From an uncultured bacterium (GTDB taxonomy: Bacteria; Patescibacteriota; Minisyncoccia; UBA6257; 2-01-FULL-56-20): a stretch of DNA of 64,000 nt. Numbering within the stretch: position 1 is the stretch's first letter; every line of letters begins with the position of its first letter. The notes under the pieces were generated by a model. It was not told the DNA's origin, searched no databases, and saw nothing but the letters and a program-made list of their open reading frames with translations. Position numbers and translations under genes: made by a program. The stretch covers positions 289,521-353,520 of the forward strand of contig CAWDZM010000001.1 in NCBI GenBank assembly GCA_963807165.1, in the 5' to 3' direction. This document shows positions 52,820-63,109 of the stretch, one piece after another.

Positions 52820-53755
52820 CTATTGCAGCGACTCTGCGCCACTTGTGATCTCGATGATCTGCCCCGTGATGGCGGCTTGACGGGACTTATTATAGACCAT
52901 CGTAAGCGTCTCCGAAAGGTCGGATGCATTATCGGAAGCGTTCTTCATCGCTACGCGCCGCGCGGAATGTTCGGAAGCATTTGCCTCGAGGATAGCGTGG
53001 TAGAGACGGATCTTTAATAATTTTGGCGCAAGCTCGTCGAGCACTTCCTTCGGCGACGGCTCGATGATATATTCTTTTACCTTGCCGTCCAAAAACGTCT
53101 CCGACTTTGCGTAGTCCGCGTAGCGGCCTGCGCGCGGGATCGTCTCCTCAATGGACTGCTTAATGGTATCGTAGCTTACCGGCAAAAAATCACGGACAAC
53201 GGGGTCTTGCCGGAGCGCGGTGACGAATGTGGTAAAGAATGCGATGACGCTGTCGAAGTCGCGGCGCGCGTATCCGTCGATCAAGAAATCCGCAATTGGC
53301 TCGGCGTCGAGAATATTACTCGCATCGCCAACGCGAGTGAACGATGCAACGACGTTCGCTTTGCGCCGCTCAAGATAGCTCTTCGCTTTTTGTCCGACGG
53401 CGATGAATGAATAGCGCGAGTCAAGGATGTCGATATTATTCGCCTTCATATATTTTTCGAACTCGCGGGTGACGGCGCCATTGAACGAACCAGCGAGGCC
53501 GCGATCGGACATCATAAGAAGGAACGCGGTGTGCTCCACCGTGCGCTTCTCAAAGATCGCAGGCACCGGCACATCCTTGAGCGACGACAAAATGCCGAGC
53601 AATTCAAGCGCAGCGTACGCGTATGGGCGCGAGGTGAGCGCGAGCTCCTGGCTCTTGCGCATCTTCGTGGCGGATACGAGCTCCATCGCCTTCGTGATCT
53701 GCCCGATATTCTGGACGCTCTTCATGCGTCGCTTGAGGCTCTGTCCGGATTCCAT
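52820..53755 (-). CDS. atpG: ATP synthase gamma subunit
   Basis: 311 aa, with N- and C-terminal coiled-coil helices typical of gamma. Confidence 0.9.
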   Translation of the reverse strand: MESGQSLKRRMKSVQNIGQITKAMELVSATKMRKSQELALTSRPYAYAALELLGILSSLKDVPVPAIFEKRTVEHTAFLLMMSDRGLAGSFNGAVTREFEKYMKANNIDILDSRYSFIAVGQKAKSYLERRKANVVASFTRVGDASNILDAEPIADFLIDGYARRDFDSVIAFFTTFVTALRQDPVVRDFLPVSYDTIKQSIEETIPRAGRYADYAKSETFLDGKVKEYIIEPSPKEVLDELAPKLLKIRLYHAILEANASEHSARRVAMKNASDNASDLSETLTMVYNKSRQAAITGQIIEITSGAESLQ

Positions 53756-53773
53756 AGTGATCTTTGTGTGCGA

Positions 53774-55312
53774 TTATTTTACGAGGAAGTGCGTGATTGC
53801 CTCTTTTAATTTCGTTTCAGTCGCGTCTTCGAATAATCCCGTTTCGCGGATCGGTTTCAAAATATCCTCTTCGTGCAATGTATCGAGGTAATCAACCAAT
53901 TCGTTCTGCGTCTTTTTAATATCTTCCACTGCGATGTTCTCAAAATAGTTATTGAGTACGGCGTAGAAAATACAGACCTGCTTTTCTACCGGCAGCGGAT
54001 CCTGATCGTCCTGCTTGAGGATTTCATTAATCTTCTGACCCTGTAAAATTTTCTTGCGCGTCGCTTCGTCCACGTCGGTGGCGAACTGTGCAAAAGCCTG
54101 CAGCTCCCGGAACTGCGCGTGCGCGAGTTTGAGCTTGCCCGCGACTTTCTTCATCGCCTTCGTCTGCGCGGCGGAACCGACGCGCGAAACGGAGATGCCC
54201 ACGTTTAACGCCGGGCGCTGGCCCTGGTTGAAAAGATCGGTCTCTAAATAGATCTGACCATCCGTGATGGAAATGATGTTTGTCGGAATGTATGCCGTAA
54301 CGTCGCCAAGCTGTGTTTCAACAATTGGAAGCGCGGTAAGCGATCCTCCACCAAGCTCTTTAGAAAGCTTTGCCGCGCGCTCCAACAAGCGCGAGTGCAG
54401 ATAGAAGACGTCGCCCGGATATGCTTCGCGGCCCGGCGGGCGGCGGAGTAAGAGCGAGATCTGGCGATACGCCCACGCGTGCTTGGAAAGATCATCGTAG
54501 ACGATAAGCGCGTCCATGCCTTTGTCGCGGAAATATTCGCCGATTGCGGCGCCGGCATACGGCGCAAGATACCACATCGCCGCCGGTGAGCCCGCCGATG
54601 CCGAAACGATGATGCTGTACTTGAGCGAGTCGAACTTCTTCAACGTCTCGGCGATCTTTACGATCTTGGATTCCTTCTGGCCAATCGCCACATAAATACA
54701 GATCGGTGTGCGGCGGCCGGTGTCATTCTTCTGATTTAAAATAGTGTCGAGCGCGACGGCGGTCTTTCCCACCTGGCGGTCGCCGATGATGAGTTCGCGC
54801 TGGCCGCGACCGATCGGGATCAACGCATCGATCGCTTTGATGCCGGTGTGAAGCGGCGTGTTGACCGACTCGCGTTCCAAGATGCCTGGTGCACGCGCCT
54901 CGAGCGGATTGCGCTGCGGCTCCTTGCCGCCGCTTTTTCCATCTTTAAAAATCGGACCTTGCCCGTCAAGCGGCTGGCCAAGCGGATCCACCACGCGGCC
55001 GATCAGCTCATCACCTACTTGAAGCGAAAGAATATCACCCGTGCGGCGCACGGTATCGCCCACTGCGACGGAAAGAAAATCGCCGAGCACGAGGCCGCCG
55101 ATCGATTCCTCTTCCAAACTGAGCGCCAACGCCGGCCGTTCTCCATGAATGGTCTCAATGATCAACACTTCCTGGCTGACCGCGTTGCGCAAGCCAAGGA
55201 TCTTGACGATGCCGTCACCGACTTCGATGACGCGTCCAACCTCGGCCCATTCGGGCTTCTCTTTATATCCCTCGATATCCTTTTTCAATTTTTCGATTAT
55301 TTCGTATGACAT
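53774..55312 (-). CDS. atpA: ATP synthase alpha subunit
   Basis: GDRQVGKT Walker A, 512 aa. Confidence 0.95.
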   Translation of the reverse strand: MSYEIIEKLKKDIEGYKEKPEWAEVGRVIEVGDGIVKILGLRNAVSQEVLIIETIHGERPALALSLEEESIGGLVLGDFLSVAVGDTVRRTGDILSLQVGDELIGRVVDPLGQPLDGQGPIFKDGKSGGKEPQRNPLEARAPGILERESVNTPLHTGIKAIDALIPIGRGQRELIIGDRQVGKTAVALDTILNQKNDTGRRTPICIYVAIGQKESKIVKIAETLKKFDSLKYSIIVSASAGSPAAMWYLAPYAGAAIGEYFRDKGMDALIVYDDLSKHAWAYRQISLLLRRPPGREAYPGDVFYLHSRLLERAAKLSKELGGGSLTALPIVETQLGDVTAYIPTNIISITDGQIYLETDLFNQGQRPALNVGISVSRVGSAAQTKAMKKVAGKLKLAHAQFRELQAFAQFATDVDEATRKKILQGQKINEILKQDDQDPLPVEKQVCIFYAVLNNYFENIAVEDIKKTQNELVDYLDTLHEEDILKPIRETGLFEDATETKLKEAITHFLVK

Positions 55313-55335
55313 ATAGATAATGGTGACGACGGGCG

Positions 55336-55728
55336 TTACACGCTCGAAAACACTCTATTCAATTTATTTTTTAACGACCCGTCAAACTGCAGCTCTTCAT
55401 TCAGGGTGATCTTGACCCCCGCAATAAGACTGGGATCGATCCGCTCCTCCACCACATCCCCCGCTTTCATAAAATGCTTTATCGCATCTTTTTGTGATGC
55501 GCTCAACGCGCGCGCGGACTCGATGGTGACCTTCCGCACGCCGCTCCGGCCGCGGGCGAACCGCGACGCCTCCTCTAGTATTTTTTTAAGATGCCCCGCG
55601 TCGCCGTTCCGTTCCACCAGCTCGAGAAAGTTCTTTGCAATAACCTCGTCGCTCCTTGAGCCTGTCTTAGTGGAATCGCTCAACACTTCTACGAGCGCCT
55701 TCGCGTATATATGTGCGGGATACTTCAT
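55336..55728 (-). CDS. atpH: ATP synthase delta (OSCP) subunit, short
   Basis: 130 aa, between atpF and atpA. Confidence 0.7.
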   Translation of the reverse strand: MKYPAHIYAKALVEVLSDSTKTGSRSDEVIAKNFLELVERNGDAGHLKKILEEASRFARGRSGVRKVTIESARALSASQKDAIKHFMKAGDVVEERIDPSLIAGVKITLNEELQFDGSLKNKLNRVFSSV

Positions 55729-56228
55729 GCCGCTCGTTGCGCCTCGCCGACCGCCTTTGCGATCAACGCGTCGTCGATCTTTTCCGGCGAGAGCTCGACG
55801 GTTCTCGTGATGGCCAGACGCACCAGCGCCGCCGCTTCCTTTTCCATCGCCCGGCGCGACTCTTCTTCTTGCGAACGCAACCGTATGGCGGTGCCCTTCA
55901 CTGCATCCTCTTCTTTGCGCTTTGCCTCGGCAAGCAGACGCTCCTCGAGCGTCTTTGCATCCAGTTCTGTCTTCTTTAAGATGCCGATCGCCTCGTTCTC
56001 GGCGTGTTTAATCTTTTCTTTGCCGATCAGATCCACCTCATGGAGCCGCTGCTCGGCCTCGTCCGCCTGCAACAATCCTTTTTCGATCTTCGCGCGCCGG
56101 TCGTGCAGTAACTTCAAAAGCGGCTTATAGACAAAGATCCGCAACACGATCAAGAGCAACGCAAAATTGACCACCTGACTGAGCAGAAGGGACCAATTGA
56201 TGCCGAGTTGATCTAACAGTTGTTGCAT
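55725..56228 (-). CDS. atpF: ATP synthase b subunit
   Basis: N-terminal TM helix followed by a long charged helix. Confidence 0.8.
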   Translation of the reverse strand: MQQLLDQLGINWSLLLSQVVNFALLLIVLRIFVYKPLLKLLHDRRAKIEKGLLQADEAEQRLHEVDLIGKEKIKHAENEAIGILKKTELDAKTLEERLLAEAKRKEEDAVKGTAIRLRSQEEESRRAMEKEAAALVRLAITRTVELSPEKIDDALIAKAVGEAQRAA

Positions 56229-56270
56229 GAATTGTTTTTTCTCTATAACCCATTACCGCACGACGACGGA

Positions 56271-56522
<252 letters not shown>

Positions 56523-56568
56523 TTATTTTTTAATGATTATTTCGACCGTTTATAATTTTCTTCGTACA

Positions 56569-57333
56569 TTAGTGGCCAGCATTCTCCCCTTCGTGAGGAG
56601 TGACCGCCAATGAGACGAATACGAGGGTGAGCATTCCGAAAATGAATGCTTGAATGAATCCGACGAATATTTCCAAAAACATAAATGGGAGCGGAACGAG
56701 ATAAGGCGCCAGAAGCGCCATGATCGCGAGCAGCACCTCGCCGGCGAACACATTACCGAAAAGACGGAACGTGAACGAGATAATTCTAGCAAATTCTGAG
56801 ATAAGCTCAAGTATGCCCACGAAAAACTTAAGCGGACTGCTGAAGTTGAAAAATACTGAAAAACGCGCGCGCAATCCCATCGCGGCGATGCCAAAAAAAT
56901 TTATCATCGTAACCGCGATGAGCGCGAGCGCCAACGTGAAGTTGATGTCGCTTGCGGGCGAACGAAGCAACGGCACCGCATCCGCGCCATGGCCGATCAC
57001 AATAGACCCCACCCCCGGCACCAAGCCGAACCAGTTCGAAAACAATACAAAAAGAAAAATTGTGAACACGAGCGGAAGATATTTTTCCGACGTCTTACGG
57101 TTGCCCAGCACCGAATCCATCAGGCCGAGCGCGCCTTCAATCACCAGCTCAACGACGTTCTGCAGCATGCCGGGAACCATTTTTATTTTATTCCTCAGCG
57201 TGATGGAAAGAATAGTAAGCACCACCAACACCAAAAACGCGAGAAGTACCGCGTTCGTCACCGGCCATGAGCCGATGGAAAAAATATTCTCCGCCCTGAG
57301 CGAAATGTTCAACATACAGGGAAATGATAGCAA
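56569..57333 (-). CDS. atpB: ATP synthase a subunit
   Basis: Polytopic 254-aa protein with a conserved Arg in the penultimate helix region. Confidence 0.85.
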   Translation of the reverse strand: MLSFPCMLNISLRAENIFSIGSWPVTNAVLLAFLVLVVLTILSITLRNKIKMVPGMLQNVVELVIEGALGLMDSVLGNRKTSEKYLPLVFTIFLFVLFSNWFGLVPGVGSIVIGHGADAVPLLRSPASDINFTLALALIAVTMINFFGIAAMGLRARFSVFFNFSSPLKFFVGILELISEFARIISFTFRLFGNVFAGEVLLAIMALLAPYLVPLPFMFLEIFVGFIQAFIFGMLTLVFVSLAVTPHEGENAGH

Positions 57334-57354
57334 AAATGGAGTGATTTTGCCAAT

Positions 57355-58341
57355 CTACTCTGCCAGGCACTGATTGAACGCCTCCACTTCCGTATTATAG
57401 GTATCGATCGCCGTCTTTGTCTCTGTGGCAAGGTTGTTATATTGCGCGGCGAGATTATTGTAATCCTCCACCGCCGCGTTATAGTCCGGACCAGATTGCG
57501 GGGACATCGCATCGATAGCGACCTTGTCGGACTGGAGCTGTGCCGCCATCGTGTTTATCTGATTTTCGGAAAGATTGATCGTGATCTGAAGATTCGCATC
57601 CGGCGATGAACAATCGGATGCAGGCCTGCCGAAGATCTGTACCGCGATCCACGTCTCGGCGCCCTGAAACATCCCCTCGCGCACGGCGACGCCGATCTGC
57701 GTGTAATGCGTGTTTAAGATATTCGCGCGATGACCCGGACTATTCATCCACGCCATGACGACGCCGGCGTCGCCGGCATACGATCCGAGCGCAAGGTTCT
57801 CGCCGAGCGCAAGATGCGCGTACCCAACACTGCTCGCCACGGTAAGCGCGCTCTCTCCTTGCGGACCAACGTGCGCAAAATATTGTTGCTGAAAAAGATC
57901 ATCAATGCGCAACGTGGCAATGGCATCAAGCGTCGGGCTCTCGGCAAGCGCGCGCAGATTGCCATTCTGCGCGCGTTGAAGATTCGTCTGCGTAATCACC
58001 CCCGCAGTCGTAAGCGCATTCGATTTTTTTGCCGTCGCCTTCGGCGCTTGTTGTAACGGCGATGGTGCGGAAAAATTTTGCGCGAGTTGGTTGCCTACTG
58101 AATTTTCAATGGAGTTCTCAAATGGGGCAATACCTTGTAGTGATAATGAAAAAGTTTTTTGAAGATACCATGTGGCAAAGCCAACAACGATCACTACGCC
58201 AGCGATGACCGCAAGGCGCCGCTTCGCCATTTTTTTTCGCGCGGCGGAAACCACATGCGCCGGCCGCGCCTCATCCGGCGGCGGAACCGGCGGTTCATGG
58301 GGCGATGGCGGCAAAACGTGTGGAGTGTTTTCGGTGGTCAT
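57355..58341 (-). CDS. Membrane-anchored CAP/SCP/PR-1 domain protein
   Basis: Pro-rich N-terminus, TM helix and a CAP domain with HYTQIGVAV and MNSPGHRANIL motifs. Confidence 0.7.
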   Translation of the reverse strand: MTTENTPHVLPPSPHEPPVPPPDEARPAHVVSAARKKMAKRRLAVIAGVVIVVGFATWYLQKTFSLSLQGIAPFENSIENSVGNQLAQNFSAPSPLQQAPKATAKKSNALTTAGVITQTNLQRAQNGNLRALAESPTLDAIATLRIDDLFQQQYFAHVGPQGESALTVASSVGYAHLALGENLALGSYAGDAGVVMAWMNSPGHRANILNTHYTQIGVAVREGMFQGAETWIAVQIFGRPASDCSSPDANLQITINLSENQINTMAAQLQSDKVAIDAMSPQSGPDYNAAVEDYNNLAAQYNNLATETKTAIDTYNTEVEAFNQCLAE

Positions 58342-58362
58342 CGAACACCCGCTCGCGCGGAA

Positions 58363-59271
58363 TTAGTTTTTCAAATAGCGTCGCACGGCCCAAAAACTGG
58401 AGAGTCCGCCGATAACGACGCCGAAGAGCAATTCATAGATGAACAGCTGGATGATATGCGTATAAAAATATTGGAAGATATTCAATCCCGGAATAAATTC
58501 GTTCAAGTAGGGCGAGATGAAAAAGAGCGTCGGCGCAAAGACAATAATACTCACCAATGCCGCGATCAATCCCCATATCATACCTTCCACCACAAACGGT
58601 CCACGCACCAAGCTGTTGGAGGCGCCTACCACGCGCATCACGCCGATCTCATCACGGTTAGAATAGATGGCAAGGCGAATCGTATTAAACATCACAAGCC
58701 CCGCGACAAGCGCGAGGAAGATCGTCATGATCCATCCGCCGATCGAAACGTCGCGCACGATCGCGGCAAGCCGGTTGATCACATCCTGATTCTGCGTATA
58801 GCTGATGGTGTCTATGTAAGAGGAAAGATCCGGTGAGCTCAGGTAGCTATTGATCGCGCCATACTGGCTGGGATCCTTCGCCTTGATATTGAGCGATGCC
58901 TCAAGCGGATTGGTATCGAGCTCGTTGATCGCTTGGCTAACCGTCGCATCATTCGCATGATTCTGCTGGAAGGTCGCGAGCGCCTGATCCTGAGAAATAT
59001 AATCCACGCTCGCCACCTGCGAAAGTCCCTCGAGTGATTGCTGGATATTTAAGATCTCATCCTCCGACGTATTGGTATTGAAATAGACGCTGATGTCGAT
59101 CTTGTCCTGGATGGCGGATGCCGCCGCGTGCGTGACAACGCCGAAGATGATGAGTCCAAGAAATCCGATGGACGCGAGCGTCATGATGGCAATCGTCGCA
59201 GTGGACAGCCAGCCGTTGCGCCAGAAATTTTTGAAGCCAAAATGGAAAATTCTTGAAATAATAGTGAACAT
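58363..59271 (-). CDS. ftsX: Cell division ABC transporter permease FtsX
   Basis: Four-TM FtsX topology with a large periplasmic loop, downstream of ftsE. Confidence 0.8.
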   Translation of the reverse strand: MFTIISRIFHFGFKNFWRNGWLSTATIAIMTLASIGFLGLIIFGVVTHAAASAIQDKIDISVYFNTNTSEDEILNIQQSLEGLSQVASVDYISQDQALATFQQNHANDATVSQAINELDTNPLEASLNIKAKDPSQYGAINSYLSSPDLSSYIDTISYTQNQDVINRLAAIVRDVSIGGWIMTIFLALVAGLVMFNTIRLAIYSNRDEIGVMRVVGASNSLVRGPFVVEGMIWGLIAALVSIIVFAPTLFFISPYLNEFIPGLNIFQYFYTHIIQLFIYELLFGVVIGGLSSFWAVRRYLKN

Positions 59272-59297
59272 TGGATTTGGATATTGGTACTTGATTT

Positions 59298-59981
59298 TTA
59301 GACCAAAATATATTTCCCTTTCTTTTCGTCTCTGATCAGACGACCCTTATCTAAGGTTATCACTCTCCGCTCAAGATTGTTAATGACCTCCTTATCGTGC
59401 GTCGCAAGCACTACGGTAGTACCCAACTGATTGATCTTTTCGAGCAGTTTGATGATCTCGAATGTGTGGAACGGATCAAGGTTGCCCGTGGGCTCATCGG
59501 CGATCACCACTTCGGGGCGATGGATCATGGCGCGGGCGATGGCGACGCGCTGGCGTTCGCCGCCGGAAAGTTCATGGGGAAAATTCTTCATCTTATCCCC
59601 CAATCCCACCATGTCGAGCACCTGCGGCACAAGCTCCGCGATCTCACGCTGTGGCCGTCCGGCCACTTCGAGCGCGAAAGCAACGTTCTCATACGCCGTC
59701 TTTGTCGGCAACAACCGGAAATCCTGGAACACGACGCCGATATGGCGCCGGAATGCGGGCAGTTCGTTATCCTGTAACTTATTTACCTCATACTGTCCAA
59801 AAAATACCCGCCCCTTGGAGGGTTTTTCTTCCCCGATCAACAATTTTATAATAGTGGACTTTCCAGCGCCGGAGCGACCCGCAAGAGAAACGAATTCTCC
59901 CGGGTCAATTTGAAAGTTTACGTCCTCGAGCGCGACCCCATGGCCCGTGTAATGTTTGGAAACTCCTTGAAAAACAATCAC
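59298..59981 (-). CDS. ftsE: Cell division ATP-binding protein FtsE
   Basis: GRSGAGKST Walker A, LSGGERQR and VIADEPTGNLD. Confidence 0.9.
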   Translation of the reverse strand: MIVFQGVSKHYTGHGVALEDVNFQIDPGEFVSLAGRSGAGKSTIIKLLIGEEKPSKGRVFFGQYEVNKLQDNELPAFRRHIGVVFQDFRLLPTKTAYENVAFALEVAGRPQREIAELVPQVLDMVGLGDKMKNFPHELSGGERQRVAIARAMIHRPEVVIADEPTGNLDPFHTFEIIKLLEKINQLGTTVVLATHDKEVINNLERRVITLDKGRLIRDEKKGKYILV

Positions 59982-60012
59982 GTATCTAATGATACACTAT
60001 TTTTGAAAAATA

Positions 60013-60432
60013 TTACACGTTCACTTTTTTCTCCAACTTACCTACGCGAAGATCGAGACCATCGACATTGGCGCGAGTGCTCCGCTCGTTGATGCTTATT
60101 TCCTTGCGGGTATCCTTTAGCTCCGAAGAGGCTTTTTCAAAACTCCTATCCATCTTTTCAAATCGCGCGTCCATCTTATCAAATCGTATATCTACTTTTT
60201 TAAACCTTTCATTCATCTGCTTGGCGGCGGCCTCAAAACTCTTCTCCACCATAATCGCCAAACCACCGATGGCGGCATCGATTTTTGTATCTATTTTTGC
60301 TTCGATTCTGGTTTCGATCCTTGTCGCGAATTCGCTCAATGTTTCTATAAGTGTTTCTCGAAGAACCCCTCTCGTCATGACATCACTATCATTATTATTT
60401 TTTATTTTCATACCAATAAGGATAGTCCGCAT
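60013..60432 (-). CDS. Hypothetical coiled-coil protein
   Basis: 139 aa with repeated KMD/RFEK heptad-like units. The start may be the internal M at 60411. Confidence 0.4.
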   Translation of the reverse strand: MRTILIGMKIKNNNDSDVMTRGVLRETLIETLSEFATRIETRIEAKIDTKIDAAIGGLAIMVEKSFEAAAKQMNERFKKVDIRFDKMDARFEKMDRSFEKASSELKDTRKEISINERSTRANVDGLDLRVGKLEKKVNV

Positions 60433-60470
60433 AAAACAAAAGTCAAAAACTTTTTAAGGAAAATTTAATG

Positions 60471-61512
60471 TTATTTTTCGGACGCTTTTCGCTCCGCCAT
60501 CGCCTCGATAAACATATCAAGATTTCCCGCGAGAACATCATCCACGCGCGAAGTTTCGACGTCGGTGCGATGGTCTTTCACCATCTGATATGGGTTCAAC
60601 ACGTATGAACGAATCTGATTCCCCCACTCGGGCTTGACCTTCGTGCGCAATGCGCCGACCTCCTCCACTTTTTCCTGCTCCATCAACTGAAATAGCCGCG
60701 CCTTCAAAATTTTCAGCGCAAACTCACGATTCTGTTGCTGACTGCGTTGCGCACGCGAGCTGATCGCTATGCCAGTGGGAATATGCACCACGCGCACGGC
60801 GGTCTCCACCTTGTTCACGTTCTGACCGCCCGGCCCGCCGGCGCGCGAGAATTCAAACCGCAGGTCGGCTTCCGGAATTTGCAACTTCGATTCGTCGGGT
60901 ACGGGAAGATCGGGCACCACTTCCACGAGCGCAAACGACGTTTCGCGCGAATGCTTTGCGTTGAACGGCGAGATGCGCACCAGGCGATGCACCCCCTGCT
61001 CATTCTTTAAATAACCGTAGGCGTACGCGCCGCTGATCTCGATGGTATACGATCGCGGATTATCATCCACCAAGCGCGTCTTCCATCCACGCAGTTTTGC
61101 GTAGCCTTCATACATCTCGCCCAGCATGCGCGCCCAATCTTCCGCGTCTTCGCCGCCCGCGCCGGGATAGATCGCAAGCACCGCAGACTGTTTATCATAG
61201 CGGGCAATAAAAAGCTGAGTCAGTTCAAACTCACGGAACTTTCGTTTTGTCTCGTGAAAGCTATTTTCATCAAACTGCAGTTTAAGCGCATCGAGCGCGG
61301 TGCGGATGTCATTATACTTTGAAACAACTTCACTCAGCTCGCCGAGCTCGCGGATCTTTATATCCGCATTCTGGCGATCACCCCAAAAATCAGCGGATGC
61401 CATTTCCGCCGTCAGCAGTGCGATCTTTTTTTCTTTGTCCGCGAGGTCAAAGACGCTCGCCCAACCGGCGAGCTTCGGCGTCTAATTCGTTAAGCGGTTC
61501 GGTGTAGTCCAT
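60471..61512 (-). CDS. prfB: Peptide chain release factor 2 with a programmed +1 ribosomal frameshift (CTT TGA C)
   Basis: ORF0 is [21 protein letters not shown] followed by TGA (plus-strand 61447-61449). A +1 shift at CTTTGAC continues into [24 protein letters not shown]..., with SPF and GGQ motifs downstream. Confidence 0.85.
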
Positions 61513-61518
61513 TAATGG

Positions 61519-61797
61519 TTAAAAATTACTTTTTTCATCACGACGATATCGATCTCCCGTAAAGGTAAACCTGAGGTCAGGACCTTTATCCGCGCGCGGG
61601 AGCACTGCTTCATAGATCCAATCCTCATCATCAATGTATCGCCCATCGCCGATGCTGGTAAGTCGACGCTTCACTACCTTTTTTTGAAAAGGTCTCCGAT
61701 CATCGAAACACTCTGCCGACGCTATAACAACCCCTTCCCGGTCAAAATTAAACTCGCCCTGCTCTTGCCTATCGGGGATAACCTCATGATGGTTCAT
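61519..61797 (-). CDS. Hypothetical protein
   Basis: 92-aa ORF just upstream of prfB on the same strand. Confidence 0.35.
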   Translation of the reverse strand: MNHHEVIPDRQEQGEFNFDREGVVIASAECFDDRRPFQKKVVKRRLTSIGDGRYIDDEDWIYEAVLPRADKGPDLRFTFTGDRYRRDEKSNF

Positions 61798-61839
61798 ATC
61801 ACTATTATAATACGTTTTCGCAACACTACATCATTTCTG

Positions 61840-61912
61840 AGCCACCTCCCGGATTTGAACCGGGGACCTTTGCTTTACGAAAGCACTGCTCTACCAACTG
61901 AGCTAAGGTGGC
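61840..61912 (-). tRNA. tRNA-Thr (anticodon CGT)
   Basis: Reverse complement GCCACCTTAGCTCAGTTGGTAGAGCAGTGCTTTCGTAAAGCAAAGGTCCCCGGTTCAAATCCGGGAGGTGGCT forms a cloverleaf with anticodon loop TTCGTAA. There is a G27:A43 mismatch. Confidence 0.7.
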
Positions 61913-62014
61913 ATCCGCGACACGCGAGCGGCATCGCTATCTCAAGAAAATATAGCGAAAAAATGAGGATTGCGCAATAAGAAGTAGACCTTATAAAAAT
62001 TTACATATGCAAAG

Positions 62015-62101
62015 CGGTGAGGGTGGGATTTGAACCCACGGTACCCTTTCAGGTACACCGCATTTCGAGTGCGGCGCCTTCGACCACTCAGCCACCTCAC
62101 C
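62015..62101 (-). tRNA. tRNA-Ser (anticodon CGA), type II with a long variable arm
   Basis: Reverse complement GGTGAGGTGGCTGAGTGGTCGAAGGCGCCGCACTCGAAATGCGG-TGTACCTGAAAGGGTACCG-TGGGTTCAAATCCCACCCTCACCG, with anticodon loop CTCGAAA. Confidence 0.8.
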
Positions 62102-62214
62102 GCTTTGCATGTGTGTCACTCTATGGTTACAGAAATGCGACGCTATTTCAAGTATTAAAACGAAGGAAAGCGCTGTCTCCGAAGAAACAGCGCTTTTTGA
62201 GGTGAACGAGGAAA

Positions 62215-62559
62215 TCAATCCCCATCGACGGAGTTGGGGGCTTGTCGCATCGGGCTGGCGGGGGCACGTCCGAATTGGAGCACACAGCAGGGGTAGCAGA
62301 CCCTGGCGTGTGCCATGATCTGTTCGACTTGATGGACGGGGAGAGAGCGCTTTTCGCGTGGGCTCATCTCATGGTATTCCTTGACCCTATCCCCTAACTC
62401 GGTATCGGGACAGGCAAAATCTGTTGATTGGGGCGTTCTTGTTCCAGTCGGAATCATAGTGATCCCGACGCCGTTGGCGATAGCTAAACTTAAAACTCCC
62501 ATGGGGGTTCCTCGATTAGTAGAATGAGCTTCCTCACCTCGGTTAAGGTGTCGAAGCAA
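62215..62559 (-). CDS. Hypothetical protein
   Basis: 114-aa ORF followed by a hairpin terminator at about 62165-62200. Confidence 0.3.
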   Translation of the reverse strand: MLRHLNRGEEAHSTNRGTPMGVLSLAIANGVGITMIPTGTRTPQSTDFACPDTELGDRVKEYHEMSPREKRSLPVHQVEQIMAHARVCYPCCVLQFGRAPASPMRQAPNSVDGD

Positions 62560-62728
62560 CTTCCATTACCATACCACTCCTGTAAAAAAAGAAAAGTCTT
62601 TGTGCCCTCGGGGAGAATCGCCCGCGACTCAAATGCTCGTCGCCGCTCGCATTTGGTCTGGGCACCGCCTCACAAGATTTTTCTGCTGAAAAATCTTGCT
62701 CCGGCGTTCGATTCTCACATCAATAATA

Positions 62729-62844
62729 CCGTGAGGAGAGGCACACTCTTTTGAAAGTATTTCGGAGCCGCGAAGGCGGCGAGAATAAGTGCGCGGCCAG
62801 TAGGCCGCGACACGTCTTTCAAAAGAGCGTACCTCTCCTCACGG
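62729..62844. repeat. Copy C of the structured hairpin repeat family: 29-bp basal stem with a conserved core, abutting the 3' end of tRNA-Arg
   Basis: CCGTGAGGAGAGGCACACTCTTTTGAAAG ... CTTTCAAAAGAGCGTACCTCTCCTCACGG form a 29-bp inverted repeat with two adjacent mismatches (CA opposite AC near the middle). The core CGGAG-CCGC-GAAG-GCGG-CGAGAATAAGTGCGCG-GCC-AGTA-GGC-CGCGAC shows compensatory changes relative to the other copies. Confidence 0.7.
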
Positions 62845-62916
62845 TGCCCTCGGGGAGAATCGAACTCTCATTTTATCCTTAGGACGGATTTGTTCTATCC
62901 ATTGAACTACGAGGGC
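62845..62916 (-). tRNA. tRNA-Arg (anticodon CCT), candidate with two stem mismatches
   Basis: Reverse complement GCCCTCGTAGTTCAATGGATAGAACAAATCCGTCCTAAGGATAAATGAGAGTTCGATTCTCCCCGAGGGCA. Anticodon loop GTCCTAA. There are A27:A43 and A50:C64 mismatches. Its 3' 19 nt recur as a direct repeat at 62602-62620. Confidence 0.5.
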
Positions 62917-62996
62917 GTTGAACAAACTATAGATGATTGACGCAAGGGCTGCAATATATATAGAATGAGTGACAGGCGTGACGAATTGTTATGCAC

Positions 62997-63067
62997 GGGC
63001 CCATAGTAAAATGGTATTACGCCTCCATGGCATGGAGGAGGTTGGGGTTCGATTCCCCATGGGTCCA
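62997..63067 (+). tRNA. tRNA-Ala (anticodon GGC)
   Basis: GGGCCCATAGTAAAATGGTATTACGCCTCCATGGCATGGAGGAGGTTGGGGTTCGATTCCCCATGGGTCCA, with the G3:U70 pair. An upstream promoter-like TTGACG-N17-TATAGAAT lies at about 62944-62974. Confidence 0.8.
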
Positions 63068-63109
63068 CAGGAATTTATTTACGGATAAGTAATTCTCTGG
63101 TATACTGGC

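Noticed and set aside
61440-61452. UGA recoding (alternative genetic code) as an explanation for the disrupted genes
   Set aside because: The RF2 autoregulatory CTT TGA C site and normal TGA/TAA/TAG gene ends show UGA is a stop. The disruptions are two frameshifts and a TAA, not TGA.
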